From Octopus vulgaris (taxonomy: Eukaryota), in NCBI GenBank assembly GCA_951406725.2, contig OX597825.1, forward strand, positions 88,102,001 to 88,166,000: a DNA stretch of 64,000 nt, read 5' to 3'. Of this stretch, positions 1-13,625 are shown one piece after another; within the stretch, counting starts at the first letter, position 1, and each line of letters starts with the position of its first letter. A program made the position numbers and the translations under genes. A model generated the notes under the pieces. It made no database searches. It was not told where the DNA came from and was given only the letters and a program-made list of their open reading frames with translations.

Positions 1-886
1 ATGCTGGAAAGTTTCAAGCTTTATACTATCAGCATGCAAAACTGAATGCAATACCCAATGAATACACTGGACCCGGAGGGATTGCAATCCCAGAGGCACA
101 ATCAGTGCGTGACCTGGTTATTCACATGAGTGATGACGCGACCTTTCATGTACATGTTGCTAAATTGGCAATGAAATGTAGACGACTGGCCGGATGGATC
201 CTCAGAACCTTTAGAACAAGAGAACAAGAAACCATGATGGTCCTCTGGAGGACACTTGTCCTAAGCCACTTTGACTACTGCTCTCAGTTATGGTCACCAT
301 CCAGTGTCAAGTTGATCACAGAGCTCGAGGCGATCCAACGTAGCTACACGAAGATAGCCTCTATGCAGAATGTAAGCTACTGGGAAAGACTCAAGAGATT
401 AAAATTATATTCCCTGGAGCGTAGGCGGGAAAGATATGCCATAATATACATCTGGAAGATCCTGGAGGGAAGTGTCCTGAACTTTGGCATCGAGAGTTAC
501 GCAAATGCCAGAACTGGGCGCCACTGCGTGGTGCCTAGGACTCCAAACTTGCCATCAAGATGTAGGACAAGATTCTGTGATAGCCTGGGCTTCCGAGGCC
601 CACAGCTCTTCAATGTCCTCCCGAAGAACCTGAGAGACCTGCATGGGGTGGATGCAGATGTCTTTAAAATGAAGCTGGATCTCTTCCTGGCAGGTGTCCC
701 AGATGAACCAACTTCACGGCAGGAGGGGCAGATGAGGGCAGCTGCATCGAACTCTCTCATGCACCAAATGGCAGTTGCTAGAAAGCTTTCGTGAAGTGAA
801 ACCAAGTAGCAACACCAAATGGCGGTGCCCCAGCATGGCCACAGCTCATAAGCTGAAACTAGAATCAATCAATCAATCAATCAATC
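1..886 (+). mobile_element. 3' part of a CR1-group LINE (RT C-terminal region, 3' UTR double hairpin, (AATC)n tail); runs off the window start
   Basis: Frame open from nt 3 to the stop at 794 (AGKFQAL...VRDLV...WILRTFRTRE...HFDYCSQLWSP...LYSLERRRERY...GPQLFNVLP), clearly homologous to the C-terminus of ORF2 at 22283-23100. Followed by GGCGGTGCCCCAGCATGGCCACAGCTCATAAGCTGAAAC and an AATC tandem tail (863-886). Confidence 0.93.
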
Positions 887-891
887 ATATA

Positions 892-1026
892 TACGACGGA
901 CTTCTTTCAGTTTCCTTTTACCAAATCCACTTACAAGGCTTTTGTCGGCCCGGGGCTATAGTAGAAGATGCCCGGAACCATGTGGTTGGTAAGCAAGCTA
1001 CTTACCACACAGCCACTCCTGCGCCT
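892..1026 (-). mobile_element. tRNA-derived CORE-type SINE (family C), internally deleted
   Basis: Reverse complement reads AGGCGCAGGAGTGGCTGTGTGGTAAGTAGCTTGC...GGTTCCGGG...GGAAACTGAAAGAAGTCCGTCG; similar to copies at 29513, 30430 and 63719. Confidence 0.8.
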
Positions 1027-1354
1027 ATATACATATATATATATACGCATACACACACACCCTTATATGTGTGTGCATTTGTGTGTGTATACACATGTGT
1101 CAGTCAGCATTAGCCATTCTCTGCTTTTGTTATTTTCGTGAAAGACCCCGGTTTTCTGGTGATACAAAACCGAATCTCTTGTTTTACATCCGTTCTCTCC
1201 ACTTTTGCTCATTTCAGACAAAACAATAACGCCCCAGATTTTATATTCTAGGAAAATTGAATATTGTATTGTTCATGTTTTCCATTTAATATCGAAATGT
1301 AACTAAGTGCCAGCTCTACACTTTATTGGAATAAATACAGAACTCTAATTTGCA

Positions 1355-1401
<47 letters not shown>

Positions 1402-1662
1402 CAATTTAAGGGAAATTACTATTTATATGAAAGTGGTGCCTTATTGCATTGTAAAATTGCGTTTATGAATTCGGGCTACAAATCATTTTCCTCCGGAGTG
1501 TTGTTCTGAAGTTTTGTAAAATATATGTTTTAGGCTAATGGAATAAAACATAGATTCTACTAACAGACAATTTAAGCACTTATACATATATTTATTTGAT
1601 GATACATATACATGTCACGCGCATGTATGTAAGTATATATATATATATATATATATATATGA

Positions 1663-1701
<39 letters not shown>

Positions 1702-1824
1702 TGTATATATATGTAATTACATATACATAAATGTACGTATATATACACATACATACACACATATCTATCTATCTATCTATCTATGCATATATGTATGCAC
1801 ACTCACACACACACACACACACAC

Positions 1825-1872
<48 letters not shown>

Positions 1873-2269
1873 GTGGGAGAGTGAACTTACAGATTCTTCA
1901 AAAATATATCGTTTCAAATGATATACTGCAGTAGAAAATATTTTTCATTCACCAACGCTGTATGCATCGATAAGTGCAAACAGTTTCCCAGGATGTGGCC
2001 TGCAGAATAGAAAGTAAAGTATTAAATGGTCTACTTCGAGACTGTCTTTATGTTCTATCAGTGTTGACCGCTACTACATTTTTTATAAACATTTTATAAC
2101 CCAGGAATATATTAAATCGTGTAGGATTCGACAGGTTTATGCCCTCATAGAATCTTTTTGATGAATATTGCATTGAGCGAATTGTTTTGCAATACCTTAG
2201 TAATTGTTTTCTTTGTTCATCTAGTTAGAACAAAATCAGCCTAGTATTCAGAATAGAGGCCATTGTGGT

Positions 2270-2810
2270 GCCCCTCCGAAATCACTTGTTTACCAGTTCC
2301 TTGCTACTGAGCTGATAACAGTGCTTGTCCATCGTGGCGAAGGATCCCTTCACTGAAGCTTCCACTTGACCTCGATGGATGAAGTGTCGCAAAGGTAGGA
2401 AGTGAGCCATTTTTACGCAATCGTAACGTGTGTAATCAGTGGTTTAACAAAGTCCAGCTCCTGTAACCTGTCAGCAAATAAGAGTTTTCTATATAAATAC
2501 AATGCGATAGTCTACATGTCGTGGAATTATGAGGTATTGCTTCACTACGATACCGTTCGGACCATTGATACCAGCCTGTAGTACGAACAGCTAGAGAAGA
2601 TGTATGCAATTGAGCGGCAACAATACCCGTGATTAGCTAACAGAATGTGACTCCTTCTGCCAGAAGATCATGCAAGACCTCATACCACTCAAGCAATCCG
2701 GAATAAACCACGGCAGTTTCAGGGAATAGAGCTAACGCCACACCAAACATTATAGTCCAGACATTCATTTTTACTTGGTCCCATCCATGGCTCATTTCCT
2801 GCCCTCACCG
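2270..2810 (+). pseudogene. Decayed Tc1/mariner transposase, catalytic region
   Basis: Manual translation gives WNYEVLLHYD...YEQLEKMYA...QYP*LANR..LLLPEDHARPHT...PH..YSPDI..FYLVPSMAHFL, matching the mariner DNARPH and HPPYSPDL motifs, with stops and frameshifts. Boundaries approximate. Confidence 0.8.
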
Positions 2811-4289
2811 CCCACACAAACTGCAGTCACTCATGTTTCCTAAATATTCTCACTCCACTACTTAGCGAGAGACGCTTACAAACACGCGACTCGAGAAAGA
2901 CAGATTGGGATTTCCGTTTCATGTATTTGATGTCGCTGTTATTTCAATACCCATATCAAGACACCATGTGAAGAGCCTTCACCAACAGGATCCAGTTCTC
3001 CAATAGCTACCTTGCTGTCCAACATCTATCCATTTGGTTACCTAAGTTGACGAACCAATTTCGTTTCACGTCTCTAGGAGACTAAAATGAATGAAACCGA
3101 ATATATTTATCAAATAATAAGACAGTTTACATCATGTATTTATATATCATGCATACACACACACACCTATCCACCCCACGTATATATGCCTGATCTTGTT
3201 TATGTACCGTGGGTTGCTTGCTGGATTGCTGCCTGAAAGATATTTAGTCGGTTAATTTACCCAAGTTCATATTTTATCGATTTCCATTTAACAAATCTCT
3301 AAGTTATGGGATACACAAAGAAACCATCATCGATAGAGAAGTGGTGGGAGACAGATACCGTCGCACACACACACATACGACAGATTTAGTTTCAGTTTAT
3401 CAAAGCCCTCAGCAAGGCGTTCGTTGGCCGAAATCTGAAAATAAATGTTAAAATATGATTGAATATGCAACGAATTGATAATGATGGCAAAAGAGTTGTT
3501 CTGCACCACAGGTGATTTTAAGACGGTGATGGTGGGGATGGTGTCAAATGGGTGGTGTGGTGGTGACGATGATTACGTTTATGATAGCTGTATGGAAGGT
3601 GGTGGTGATTTTGTTGATGTCATTGACGATGATAACTTTGAAAATGCTCATGTCATTATATAGAGGAGAGAGAGGGAGAGAGATAGAAAAGAAAGGATAA
3701 GTGACAAATCAAGCCACATCCACCACTGTTCTTCTGAGCATGTCCATCACATTCACAATACACGCACAGCAGTGTCTTCATAAACGCACACACACACACA
3801 CACACACGTATCGACCATGTTGAACAATGAACGTTACAGACACTTAACACGTTCTCATCGAATCGACCTTCTCTTCTACTTGAACAAAAGACACTCCCAT
3901 CTTCATTGTCTTTTACACTCTGGTATATTCAGCTGTTCTTTCATTAAACATTGTGTTAGATAAAACCAATCATTGGCTGATTAATCACTGATTACTTAGC
4001 AGAGTCGCCTTAACATTGTCATGTCTCTTTAATCACCATCGCAAGCAGTTTTGCTTCATCTCTCATCACTAGCAACAATCCGGTTTCACTGGTTAGAATT
4101 GTTATTACAGACGTAACGGGTGGAAAGTTTTTATTAAGGATTTTGAGCACAATCGTCATGTATGCGTTGCCTTAAATGTATGTGTATGGATATATGTTTT
4201 GTGTGTGCATATAACGTGATTACTTCACACACACACTTCTAGGCCCTCTCTCTGGAACTATTTCCGCTGAAGTAGCAAGTGGGAAGGAT

Positions 4290-4600
4290 CTGCTCTGCCC
4301 AACTCGATGTGTGTTTTTACCGGTTAAAAAATTGTCCCAATGTCCTTTCAACTCATCCACAGTTGCATTTCGCATACGTTTGATTTTTGGGGGATAGAGT
4401 TTTAACAAATTGTCTGACTTCGAAACCTAAGCTGTTAGAGATGTGGGTCCTTACTCTGGATGGAGGATGGAATCGTTGGCACTATACAATGACGTGCTGT
4501 TAGGTGTTTGTTCTAAATCTCCATTCCAAAGGTTGGTGTGTCCAAAATATTATTATTTGCGAGAGTAATGTTCAAAAGACCGCTGTAGGTTGGGTATATG
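4290..4600 (-). pseudogene. Old decayed 3' fragment of the LINE family seen at 1-886
   Basis: Minus-strand pieces TARHCIVPTIPS, NSLGF and LYPPKIKRMRNATVDELKGHWDNFL align to RTGRHCVVPRTP, DSLGF and VLPKNLRDLHGVDADVFKMKLDLFL. Confidence 0.65.
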
Positions 4601-5474
4601 GCAAGTATTACCTGTACTTTATTTCAAAGTACAAGAAATAGCATATCATAATATATTGTTAATGCTTTACACTAAGGTTTGGACAGAAAGCTAAAGCGAC
4701 CAATATTTCTGGTAAACGTTATGCTTTATACATTCTTATGATTCCAATCCTTATTCAGCTCTTGCAGTTGATTAATCAGTTCCTGTAATATATGAGTTTG
4801 TTTAATGTATTAATTTTCTTCCATAGAATCCCATTGTCATATAGACTAGGAATAAAGCCCCTCGAAATGTTTAACAATTATTTTTACACGAAATATTTCC
4901 AAAATTAATTTTGCCAATATGATTATATTTGCGCTATCAACGTTACTCTTTGGAACATTAGCTGTCATTTCTAATAGTCTGAACCGGTCTATAGAATGTA
5001 CAGTGCCGGTAGTGCACATAGATTATTCAATCAATATACGACTGAATCGTAATACATAATTCATATCTACCGTTGCGTTCGTTCGGGTCTCCTGCGTTTC
5101 CTATTATTCACCCAACTTTCATATTTGAAAAGATGTCGGCCTCGATACAGAAATCTTGTTGACATAACTCCCAGTCGTCCGTGTGAATAATACGTCCGTC
5201 TATTTACTATGCCTGATTTCCATAGTAATAGCTTTAAGAAACGTTTGTAGAAAATAACGTTTACATCAGCTGAAGTTTATCAGAAGAAGCTGGAGGAATC
5301 ACGTAGGAAAGTAAAGCATTAAAATTAATCAAACATAGGATCAATAAATCAATTGCCCTTTTATTTACAATTATAGTGATTGCAAATAGGCATAGGAGAG
5401 ACCTAGCAATGTAGCAGTGTATGTTTGTGTGTGTATATACATAACATGTATAATTCAATACATACAAACATATA

Positions 5475-5846
5475 CTATATATATATATATATATATATAT
5501 ATGCGTGTGTGTATGTATATATATGTATATATATATATATATGTGTATGTATATATATATATGTGTATGTATATATATATATGTGTGTGTATATATATAT
5601 ATATATGTGTGTATGTGTATGTGTGTGTATATATATATATTTATGTATATGTGTGTATATATATATGTGTGTATATATATATATGTGTGTATATATATAT
5701 ATATATGTATGTATATATATATGTGTGTATATATATATATATATGTATGTATATATATATGTGTGTATATATATATACATGTGTGTATATATATGTGTGT
5801 GTGTATATATATATATGTGCATATATATATGTGTATGTGTATACAT

Positions 5847-5938
<92 letters not shown>

Positions 5939-5956
5939 GTATGTACGTGTGTGTGT
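5475..5956. repeat. Long compound (TA)n/(TG)n microsatellite
   Basis: About 480 bp of TA/TG dinucleotide runs; the source of the spurious YIYI/CVCV ORFs. Confidence 0.97.
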
Positions 5957-7090
5957 TAACTTATATTTGCAGCGAGTGACTCAATCTCTTTCTCCGGATA
6001 GATGTGAAGGGTGCTAATGCCTGAAATGGCTGTTCAGGCTAAGTGGGGTATAGAGGAGGTTGGGGTATTTATTGAAGGGGAGGATGATCTGGGTAAGGCA
6101 GTGGGTGTCGACCCTTTGTGTCTTTGATATCTCATCTCCGTCTCTGGATGTCATCTACCATCTGAAACATGCCGCCACTCTGATTGCCACACAGGAATTT
6201 AGGTTAATTGATTCGCGGAAGAGAGTGGTCTTGAGCTGCTTTCGGAAATGGGATTTTGAGGGCTCCATGTTGTGTGGCTTATGAGGCCAACTGAGCAAAG
6301 AGGAGTTGACTTGAAGATGTGTGTTTCAAGCATGCATATGATGTATACTGGCCAGCGGATGTTGTACAGTGACATAGTAGCCTCAATGCAGGGCATATAT
6401 ACGTTCATAAATGAATATACATACATTACATATACACACGCACACACAGTCGCACACACACACATATACACCAACCCCAGGTGTGCAATATTCATTGGCA
6501 GCTCACGTTGTAGAGAAACATTAGCAAGCCAATCGACTTTCTCTAACGAGGTCAATACTGTCAGCTGTTGTTATGTCAACACTGCGGCTGCTGCTATGGT
6601 TGCTGTTGCTAAGTTACAAGCCATCGGTCTTGCTTGACCGATGTGTCATCCTCATATCGAAGAATAGCGACCGGGATCAGGATAAAGGATCTCTTTCTAT
6701 TTCTCTCTCTCTCTCTCTCAGTATGAAGAGTCAAATAATTGTTGCTCAGTTTGTTGTGAACCTCTTATTTGTTGACAGCGGAAGGAATGTTTCGAAATTT
6801 CGTAACAACTGGCAATCAAATATGTGGAGAAAAAGAAATCAGTCTTGGTGAGTGGAAGCCCTCGGGGGTCAACATACAACATCGAATAATGGTTTCCTGA
6901 CGTTAGTTTGCTATCTTCTTCGTTGTTTCGATGAATTTACACAACTTGAGGCAGAAACATTGCAAACTTAAGTGACGGGAACTGAAAGTTTTATACTATT
7001 TGCAAACAAATTAGGAAACAGTTTTTGACGTGTTTGTAGAGGAGTTGCTCTTCAATATATATATTTATATATATATATATATTATATATA

Positions 7091-7185
<95 letters not shown>

Positions 7186-7189
<4 letters not shown>

Positions 7190-7492
7190 CGTGATCACCG
7201 TCAGCGACCAGGCTATCAGATGTTGCTACACATCGCTGGTCACAATGCGCTTCGCATTGTCTTAGCCTTCAAATGACGCCAACCCGCTGGCTAAGTGAGC
7301 AGGCCAACGGAAGAGGAAGAGGAAGTTGTGGCAAAAGAGAACATCAGGGATCGCCACCACCCTCTGCCGGAGCCTCGTGGAGCTTTAAGGTGCTTTCACT
7401 CAATAAACATTCAAAACGCCCGGTCTGGGAATCGAGACCGCGATCCTACGACCGGGAGTCCGCTGTCCTAACCACTGGGCCACTGCGCCTCC
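7186..7492 (-). mobile_element. tRNA(Arg)-headed SINE (family A), long 3' tail, abutting (TA)n
   Basis: Reverse complement begins GGAGGCGCAGTGGCCCAGTGGTTAGG (A box) with GGTCTCGATTCC (B box) and ends ...CCTGGTCGCTGACGGTGATCACGGTGA; similar to 19204-19504. Confidence 0.88.
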
Positions 7493-8739
7493 GTGTATGT
7501 ATGTATGTATATATATATATATATATTAAGGGACATATATATATATATATATATTAAGGGACACCTCGGAAAGGTTTGAAGAAAAAAGTTCTAAACATAT
7601 GAGTATGTGATTGTTCAACGCGATGTCTCTGCCTCATTGTGTTTCTCTGGGTAGGGGGACAATTACGTTTGGGAAATGTGTGTGAGCATATATATTCTCT
7701 CTCTGACATACACTCACAAACACATTTCTATGTGTATGTGTCTGTCTCTGTGTGTTCGTGTGTCTGTGCGTTTATGTTTGTGTATGCATGAATAGTTTTA
7801 CAAACGCAAAAAATGGCGCTTATATTTTTCGTATTTGTATTTACACTAATCTTAATTTCGGGGTGGGGTTTCATAGTCCATCAGCTCTCATAACGTAGGG
7901 GATCGATAAATAAAAAAAAACAGGTAAAATGTGTAGCAAGTTTCAGTGTGCCTGAATGCAACCAGAACTAGTAACAAGATTAATTGACCATTACAGACTT
8001 ATTGGTCTCATTAGCTAATCCTTTACGTATCCACTTCTCTAATGAGACGCAGTATATGCAATTTGCTTAATAACACAAGTACCAGTCCATTACTTGGAGG
8101 TTCATTTAACTGTTGTATTTAATGTTCATTTAACGAAGTGTGGCTTGTAGCTGTGTGAAAACACATCTCATTTGGGGACGGCTGATACATCCATACTTAG
8201 GCGTTACACAACCCCAAATATCTGATGAAGAGTTTTAAACTGTAATAGGTTAGAAAATATAATTGAAAACTAAAGAAATTTAACGCATAAATATCCTGGT
8301 AAACCAAATGCTAACATTCTTCATATAAGCACCAATAAATTATAATGTTAATTATGATGTATTTATTATTGACGGACGTTATGCGTTTTGATAGTACGGC
8401 AATGAAAGTGATGTCTAATTTCAGCCGATGAAAGCGAATGGAATAAAAGAATATAAAACATTTCGAATACATGAGCGACATGAATGATACCATTCCGAAA
8501 AGAAATTTTCAGGGCTGTTTCCGTTCATAAATTGAAATTATTGATTTATTCGACATTTTGAAATAAATGTAGGAGTCGTTTAAATTTCTTAATTACTTTT
8601 TGATTGTAGCATATTATTGATTTCTTTATTGCCACTGATTTATTTTCGGAAAAACATGGATCCAAAATATAGTTCCAAATATTTCACGCAAACATAATAA
8701 TTATATACGCTGAGCTGGTTTAGTATTATCTATCCATCT

Positions 8740-9015
8740 CGTCTGCCTTCATTCGTCTTTACGTTCTGAGCTCAAATTCCGTCAACTTTACCTTCCATCC
8801 TTACGGGTCGATAAATTAAGTACCAGTTGCGTACTGGGGTCGATCTAATCGACTGGCCACCTATCTCAAAATATCTGGCCTTGTGCCTAGAACAGAAAAG
8901 ACGGCGAACTGACAGAAACGTTAGCCTTTCAGACTTTCGGGGTCAATAAATTAAGTACCAGTTACGTTTCAGGTCGATCTAATCGACGGGCCCTGTGCCT
9001 AGTGCAGAAAAGAAT
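8740..9015 (+). mobile_element. Meta-domain SINE (family B), partial tandem copies
   Basis: Contains CCTTCCATCCTTACGGGTCGATAAATTAAGTACCAG and then a second deleted unit (CTTTCGGGGTCAATAAATTAAGTACCAG). Confidence 0.75.
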
Positions 9016-9631
9016 ATTATCTATCCATTTGCCTGCCTGTCTCTGTAGAATTATCAATATATCAGTTTCCCTCCGATTCTTTCTCTAAACATTTATTCAT
9101 TCAGATACATTTCCATGTCTCCCTCTGACTTTACATTTGTATGACCTGAGAGATGCCCCACTGGTGATGGAGCGTAAGCTTCTCAGGGCCAAGGCTTTTT
9201 TATTTTGTGGTCATATATTGGTTTCTACATGCTTCAAGAGTGTGCCGTTCGTCTTCTTCCTGTTATTTTTCGCTGTGTTGCAACGCCTCGGCATAAAACG
9301 CTAATGCTTTGTCGTAGTTAAAGTGAGTTCTAGCAGCTAATTTTGTAGGTTACTCGTCTGGCGATACTGAGTAACTGATTCTATAACTTGATGCGACTTG
9401 TTTTTCCAAACGAACCATGTCTATCTGAGGATAGGAAGACGGAAACTCCAAGAAGTAGAGAACACTTCATTTTGTTCCGTCTGCTCCAGATATAAATTTC
9501 AGGTCGTATACATTTCAAATTATCACCACCCGTTTTGTGACTGTGGTAGCTGAACGTCCGTTTAAAATAGCCATATTTATGAATCTCTCGAAAACATATA
9601 AACATACAAAAAGGGTGTGTGTAGGTTTTGG

Positions 9632-10078
9632 TTTAATGATAATAATGAAATTATTGTATACAGTGCTCGGGTGCACTACAACTTGTCAAAAGTGCGTATA
9701 AATTATATGCAGTAATGTACAAATGTCTGGAAAGCGAACAGTGTATGAGTCAGATACATGCTTGCGTGTGTATGGAGGGGAGAAAATCAGGTGCAGTGTT
9801 GGCGAATCTCAGGAAGCATGGACATTTTGAAGGATGGAGTGCTGTGACAACTAACAATTGATGCCGGCAGTTTGTTCCATGCTTCAGCAACTCTCAGCGT
9901 GAAAAAATGTTTCCGAAAGTCATGGGAGCTGTGCTGTTTTCTGACTTTGTAAATATGTCCGCGGGTGTTAGCCGGGTGCAGTTTGAAAAGGTGCTTAGAG
10001 TTATTGTTTGTAAGATGGTTAATAATTTTATGGGTGTCTGGCAAGTCAGCTGCCAGACGTCGGAGTTTCAATGAATCA
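9632..10078 (-). mobile_element. 5'-truncated CR1 LINE 3' end (a different family from 1-886)
   Basis: ORF 9787-10143 contains SLKLRRLAADL..THKII...NTRGHIYKV...RKHFFTLRVAEAWNKLP, the typical CR1 ORF2 C-terminus; the 3' UTR ends in an (ATT)n-like tail near 9632-9650. Confidence 0.85.
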
Positions 10079-10454
10079 CACCAACCAGTTCGTTGATATC
10101 TAAAGCAGCAAGACACATAATCACCAGATTTTTCCTTCCTCATTCGGTGTAAGTTACTTGGCTGTAAAGGCTGCCATGCATAGTGACCATATATTCTCCT
10201 GCAAAGTCAACATAGTGATGGTGTAGTATTTGGTTGATTCGGTGGAAATAATGTAATGCGATTGTATGAATCTGCAGAATGTTTGCTTTAAATCGCATTA
10301 AAACAGTTGATAAAGTTCCTAGTGTTTTCCACTGACTCTCGGTTTCTTGTACAGAATATTCAAGTGCGGCAATGCATGACTCCATTGTTCCTGCCTGTTT
10401 TGTGACTCGTTTATTCCTCCTTTCGGTACACTCTACAACATCCTTCATAATATG

Positions 10455-10679
10455 TATTTCTTTACTGCCCACATGGGGTTAAACATAGAGGGGATAAACA
10501 AGGACAGACAAAGGGATTAAGTCGATTACATCGACCCCGGTGCGAAACTGGTACTTAATTTATCGACCCCGAAAGGCAAAGTCGACCTCGGCAGAATTTG
10601 AACTCAGAACGTAGCGGCAGACGAAATACTGCTAAGCATTTCGCCCGGCGTGCTAACGTTTCTGCCAGCTCGCCGCCTT
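10455..10679 (-). mobile_element. Meta-domain SINE (family B)
   Basis: Reverse complement AAGGCGGCGAGCTGGCAGAAACGTTAGC...GAGTTCAAATTC...GGGGTCGATAAATTAAGTACCAG; near-identical to 38960-39190. Confidence 0.88.
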
Positions 10680-11105
10680 AGGGAAACGTTCGCGGCATCG
10701 TGTCAGTCAAATATTTCAATCCAATTAGGCATTACTTTAAACAAACGCCCGCACACATACACGCACGTAAGTACTCCCGCATGCGCGCAAACACACATAC
10801 CTTTACATATGTGTGCTTGTGTGTACAAACATACATATGCACGCAAAAATATAATGAGGCAGCGGAGTATTTGTAGTTATATGAATATGTCTGTCAATCA
10901 AAATATTAAGTATACCTTATTTATATCCAGCTACACTTCTGTATTCTTGTCTCTCTATCCATATTTCTCTGTCCGTCATCTTTATGCTCGCGTATGTATG
11001 TATATGTCTCTCTGTGTCTATATATGTGTGTCTGCATGTGAGTATGATTGTGTGCGTGTGTGTACATATATAATCAAAATAAGCAGCAAGATATCAAAAG
11101 GTAAT

Positions 11106-11186
11106 GCAGTATGACCGTTTCAAGCGACTCTATTTAATTGAAAGCAATGATTACATCACTTTAAATGCAGGGCTATCCTCAGAAGC
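11106..11186 (-). ncRNA. Type I hammerhead ribozyme motif (degenerate), in Penelope-pLTR-like element 11060-11575
   Basis: Minus strand CUGAGGA-UAGC...GCUU-GAAAC-GGUC-AUA; same repeat family as 16192 and 35443; stems I and III imperfect. Confidence 0.5.
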
Positions 11187-11199
11187 TTAAATAAATAGA

Positions 11200-11405
11200 A
11201 ATTTTTAATCAGTTACTTAAATTCTCTAATAGATCAAGAAGAGGAAATAGTCTATATTTTAGCTCAAAATATACTACATTTCTAAGAAGTGTATGACCCT
11301 AACAAACTTCATATAGTTATTAGAAGTGTAGTATATTTTGAGCTACATGAGTAGCAACATGGACTTTATACAATAACACGTGCTTAGAAACTTTAAGAAC
11401 TGAAA
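11200..11405. repeat. Imperfect inverted repeat (hairpin)
   Basis: TAGCTCAAAATATACTACATTTCTAA (about 11260-11285) pairs with TTAGAAGTGTAGTATATTTTGAGCTA (about 11320-11346); outer arms TCAGTTACTTAAATTCTCTAA and TTAGAAACTTTAAGAACTGA. Confidence 0.8.
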
Positions 11406-11608
11406 GCGCTTGCACATGTATAAAAGTAAAGCCTACACACATTTTGTGAAATCTCTTCCCAATGGTTAGTGTCTTTTGACTTTCTAAAAAGGTTCTTTTC
11501 TCAATCTTAACTCTTTGAGAAAAGATCTTCTCTCCAAATATCATGACTGTATCAAAGAATTTCCAAAACATTCTACACACACGCACACACATATATATAT
11601 ATGTATAA

Positions 11609-11820
11609 GAAAGAATGAGTAAGCAGATTTTTTTTTTTTTTTTTGAGGGAATAACTCTCTCAGAGGATATCTCTCTGATATGGGATTCAAGCTTCAAGTA
11701 GCCATTTTCAAACTGGAGAATGTATGTGGAAAGCGGCTACTTGAAGCTCGAAACACACATTGTAGACATTATTAAAATTAGAATTATCCCCTCAAAAAAT
11801 CCATCTCTACTCATTCTTTC
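11609..11820. repeat. Fold-back hairpin element between (TA)n tracts
   Basis: Outer arms GAAAGAATGAGTA...TTGAGGGAATAACTCT and AGAATTATCCCCTCAA...TACTCATTCTTTC; inner arms AGCTTCAAGTAGCC and GGCTACTTGAAGCT. Confidence 0.85.
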
Positions 11821-11869
11821 AAATATATATAATATTGTACCAAGAACTTTGTCTTATTATTCTATCGTA

Positions 11870-11900
<31 letters not shown>

Positions 11901-11902
11901 GC

Positions 11903-11954
11903 ATGCCCCAGCATGGTCACAGCTGGTGAGCTGAAACTAGTTCAATTCAATTCA
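11903..11954 (+). mobile_element. Solo LINE/SINE 3' tail with (TTCAA)n end
   Basis: TGCCCCAGCATGGTCACAGCTGGTGAGCTGAAACTAG matches the 3' UTR at 826-862. Confidence 0.8.
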
Positions 11955-11996
11955 TATATACGCATATAAACCCTTCGGTTTTTGTATATTTATATA

Positions 11997-12030
<34 letters not shown>

Positions 12031-13479
12031 CCTATACGCGTAGTATCTAATGACTAGATCTTTCAAGTTTGCTTTGCAGCCTCGCCTATTCCCCAACAAC
12101 ATCGTATGTCACTGTATCTCTATTTGTTTTCCTCTATGTTCATATGATAGTGTATTCATAACTTCTGACTGCGACCTAATCGTTGCCACTGGCATCAGCA
12201 CAAACAATCACTAAGAAAAGAAAAGAAAAGAAATAAACATCAGTAAAAAAACTCTACTGAAATGTAGAAATTAAATAAATAACCGAACTGAAATATGAAA
12301 ATTTTACTAAAACTAAACGAGAAAATAACAACAAACCAGTAAAAATGTATACGTTTTTTTTTTCATTTTTTTTTTTTTTTACGCACTCATTTCTATATTT
12401 TCTGCACAGCAATCGGTTTTTGTTTCAAAAACATCGCTAGACAACACAAATATCAATTTAAATGTTTAATATATTTGTTTACTGAAGTTCACATTTCCTC
12501 ATTTCACTTCCTTCCATTATTCTCTGTTTTCTTTGGATATTTTTCTACCATCACTTCTCTTTATTCCATTTTCCTTATTTTCGTTCGTAACATAAATTTT
12601 ATTATAGATTTCAATGTTTTTAATTATATTATTTATTCTATCTCTTCCACGATCAGTTCATGCTTCTCTTAGTATTTCCTCTTCAAGTTTCAGAGTATCT
12701 CTCTTTCGCTATATCTCTGTCTCTGGCTGTATGTGTGTCTGTCTGTATGTATGTCTATCTCTCTGTCTCTCACACAAAACCACCCCTGTATATATCTTGA
12801 TAGATATCAACTTTCCAGTTTTTAATATATTCACGCATCACCTTACATTCCTGTCTTCCTCTCTTCACATTCTTGCATCAGCTCTGAGTTGTTTCTTTCC
12901 ATGAAATGTTAACATGAAGGATATATTGTGGTAGGTAGAAAAATAGTGCAATAATCAGATAGAAAGTCAGGTGCATAGGACAGGCAGATACAGAGAAGCG
13001 GATAGGTAGAAAATGAGAGAGAACATCAACGAGAAAGCGAAATAAAATGTCAATGAGAAATAACTTCCAACTGGAGTCAACCAGTTATTTATATCAAAAT
13101 CTCCCATAAATCTAGAATTTTCCACTCTAGCAAAAAGAAAAAAGTATTTTGAAAGATTTCAATTTATTTAAAGAATTGATTTTTTCCCCACAATATACGC
13201 ATATACAAAATATTTCTTTACTTTTATGCTAAGGAATTCTCAATAGAAATACCATTTGCTATTTTCTAAAATGTTAAAGGTTTTATATTAAAATTCAATA
13301 AATCTGTTTTCTTTCCCAATGATTGCGTCATCCTAAATTGCATTCATGCTTATTCTAATTAACAGACACAATGGGGTTAATTAATCTGTTACTGTTGCTT
13401 ACATGAACCCAACCCATCAACGTGTCGCATGAACACATCAATTGTTAATAATCTTTCTTGTTTTTTGCACAAGGTTAAT

Positions 13480-13625
13480 CAGCGGGAAGGGTTGGACGAT
13501 TGCATCAACCCCACAGCTCGTCCGGTACTTATTTTATCGACACCAGGAGGATGAAATGCAAAATTGATCTGGGTGGAATTTGAACTTAGAACGTAGATAA
13601 CTGGAAGAAATGCGACAAACATTTT
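13480..13625 (-). mobile_element. Diverged Meta-domain SINE (family B)
   Basis: GGTACTTATTTTATCGAC...GGATGAAATGCAAA...GGAATTTGAACTTAGAACGTA resembles the reverse complement of family B. Confidence 0.65.

Noticed and set aside
5417-6017. ORFs of 125-184 aa rich in YI/CV/HT, and many similar ORFs across the window
   Set aside because: They are translations of dinucleotide microsatellites, which lack stop codons in several frames.
6060-6410. GC-richer stretch that might be a Penelope GIY-YIG remnant on the minus strand
   Set aside because: No convincing GIY or YIG motif could be recovered in any frame.
8218-8285. CTGATGA...GAAA hammerhead-like spacing
   Set aside because: Stems I and III do not close; plausible by chance in AT-rich DNA.
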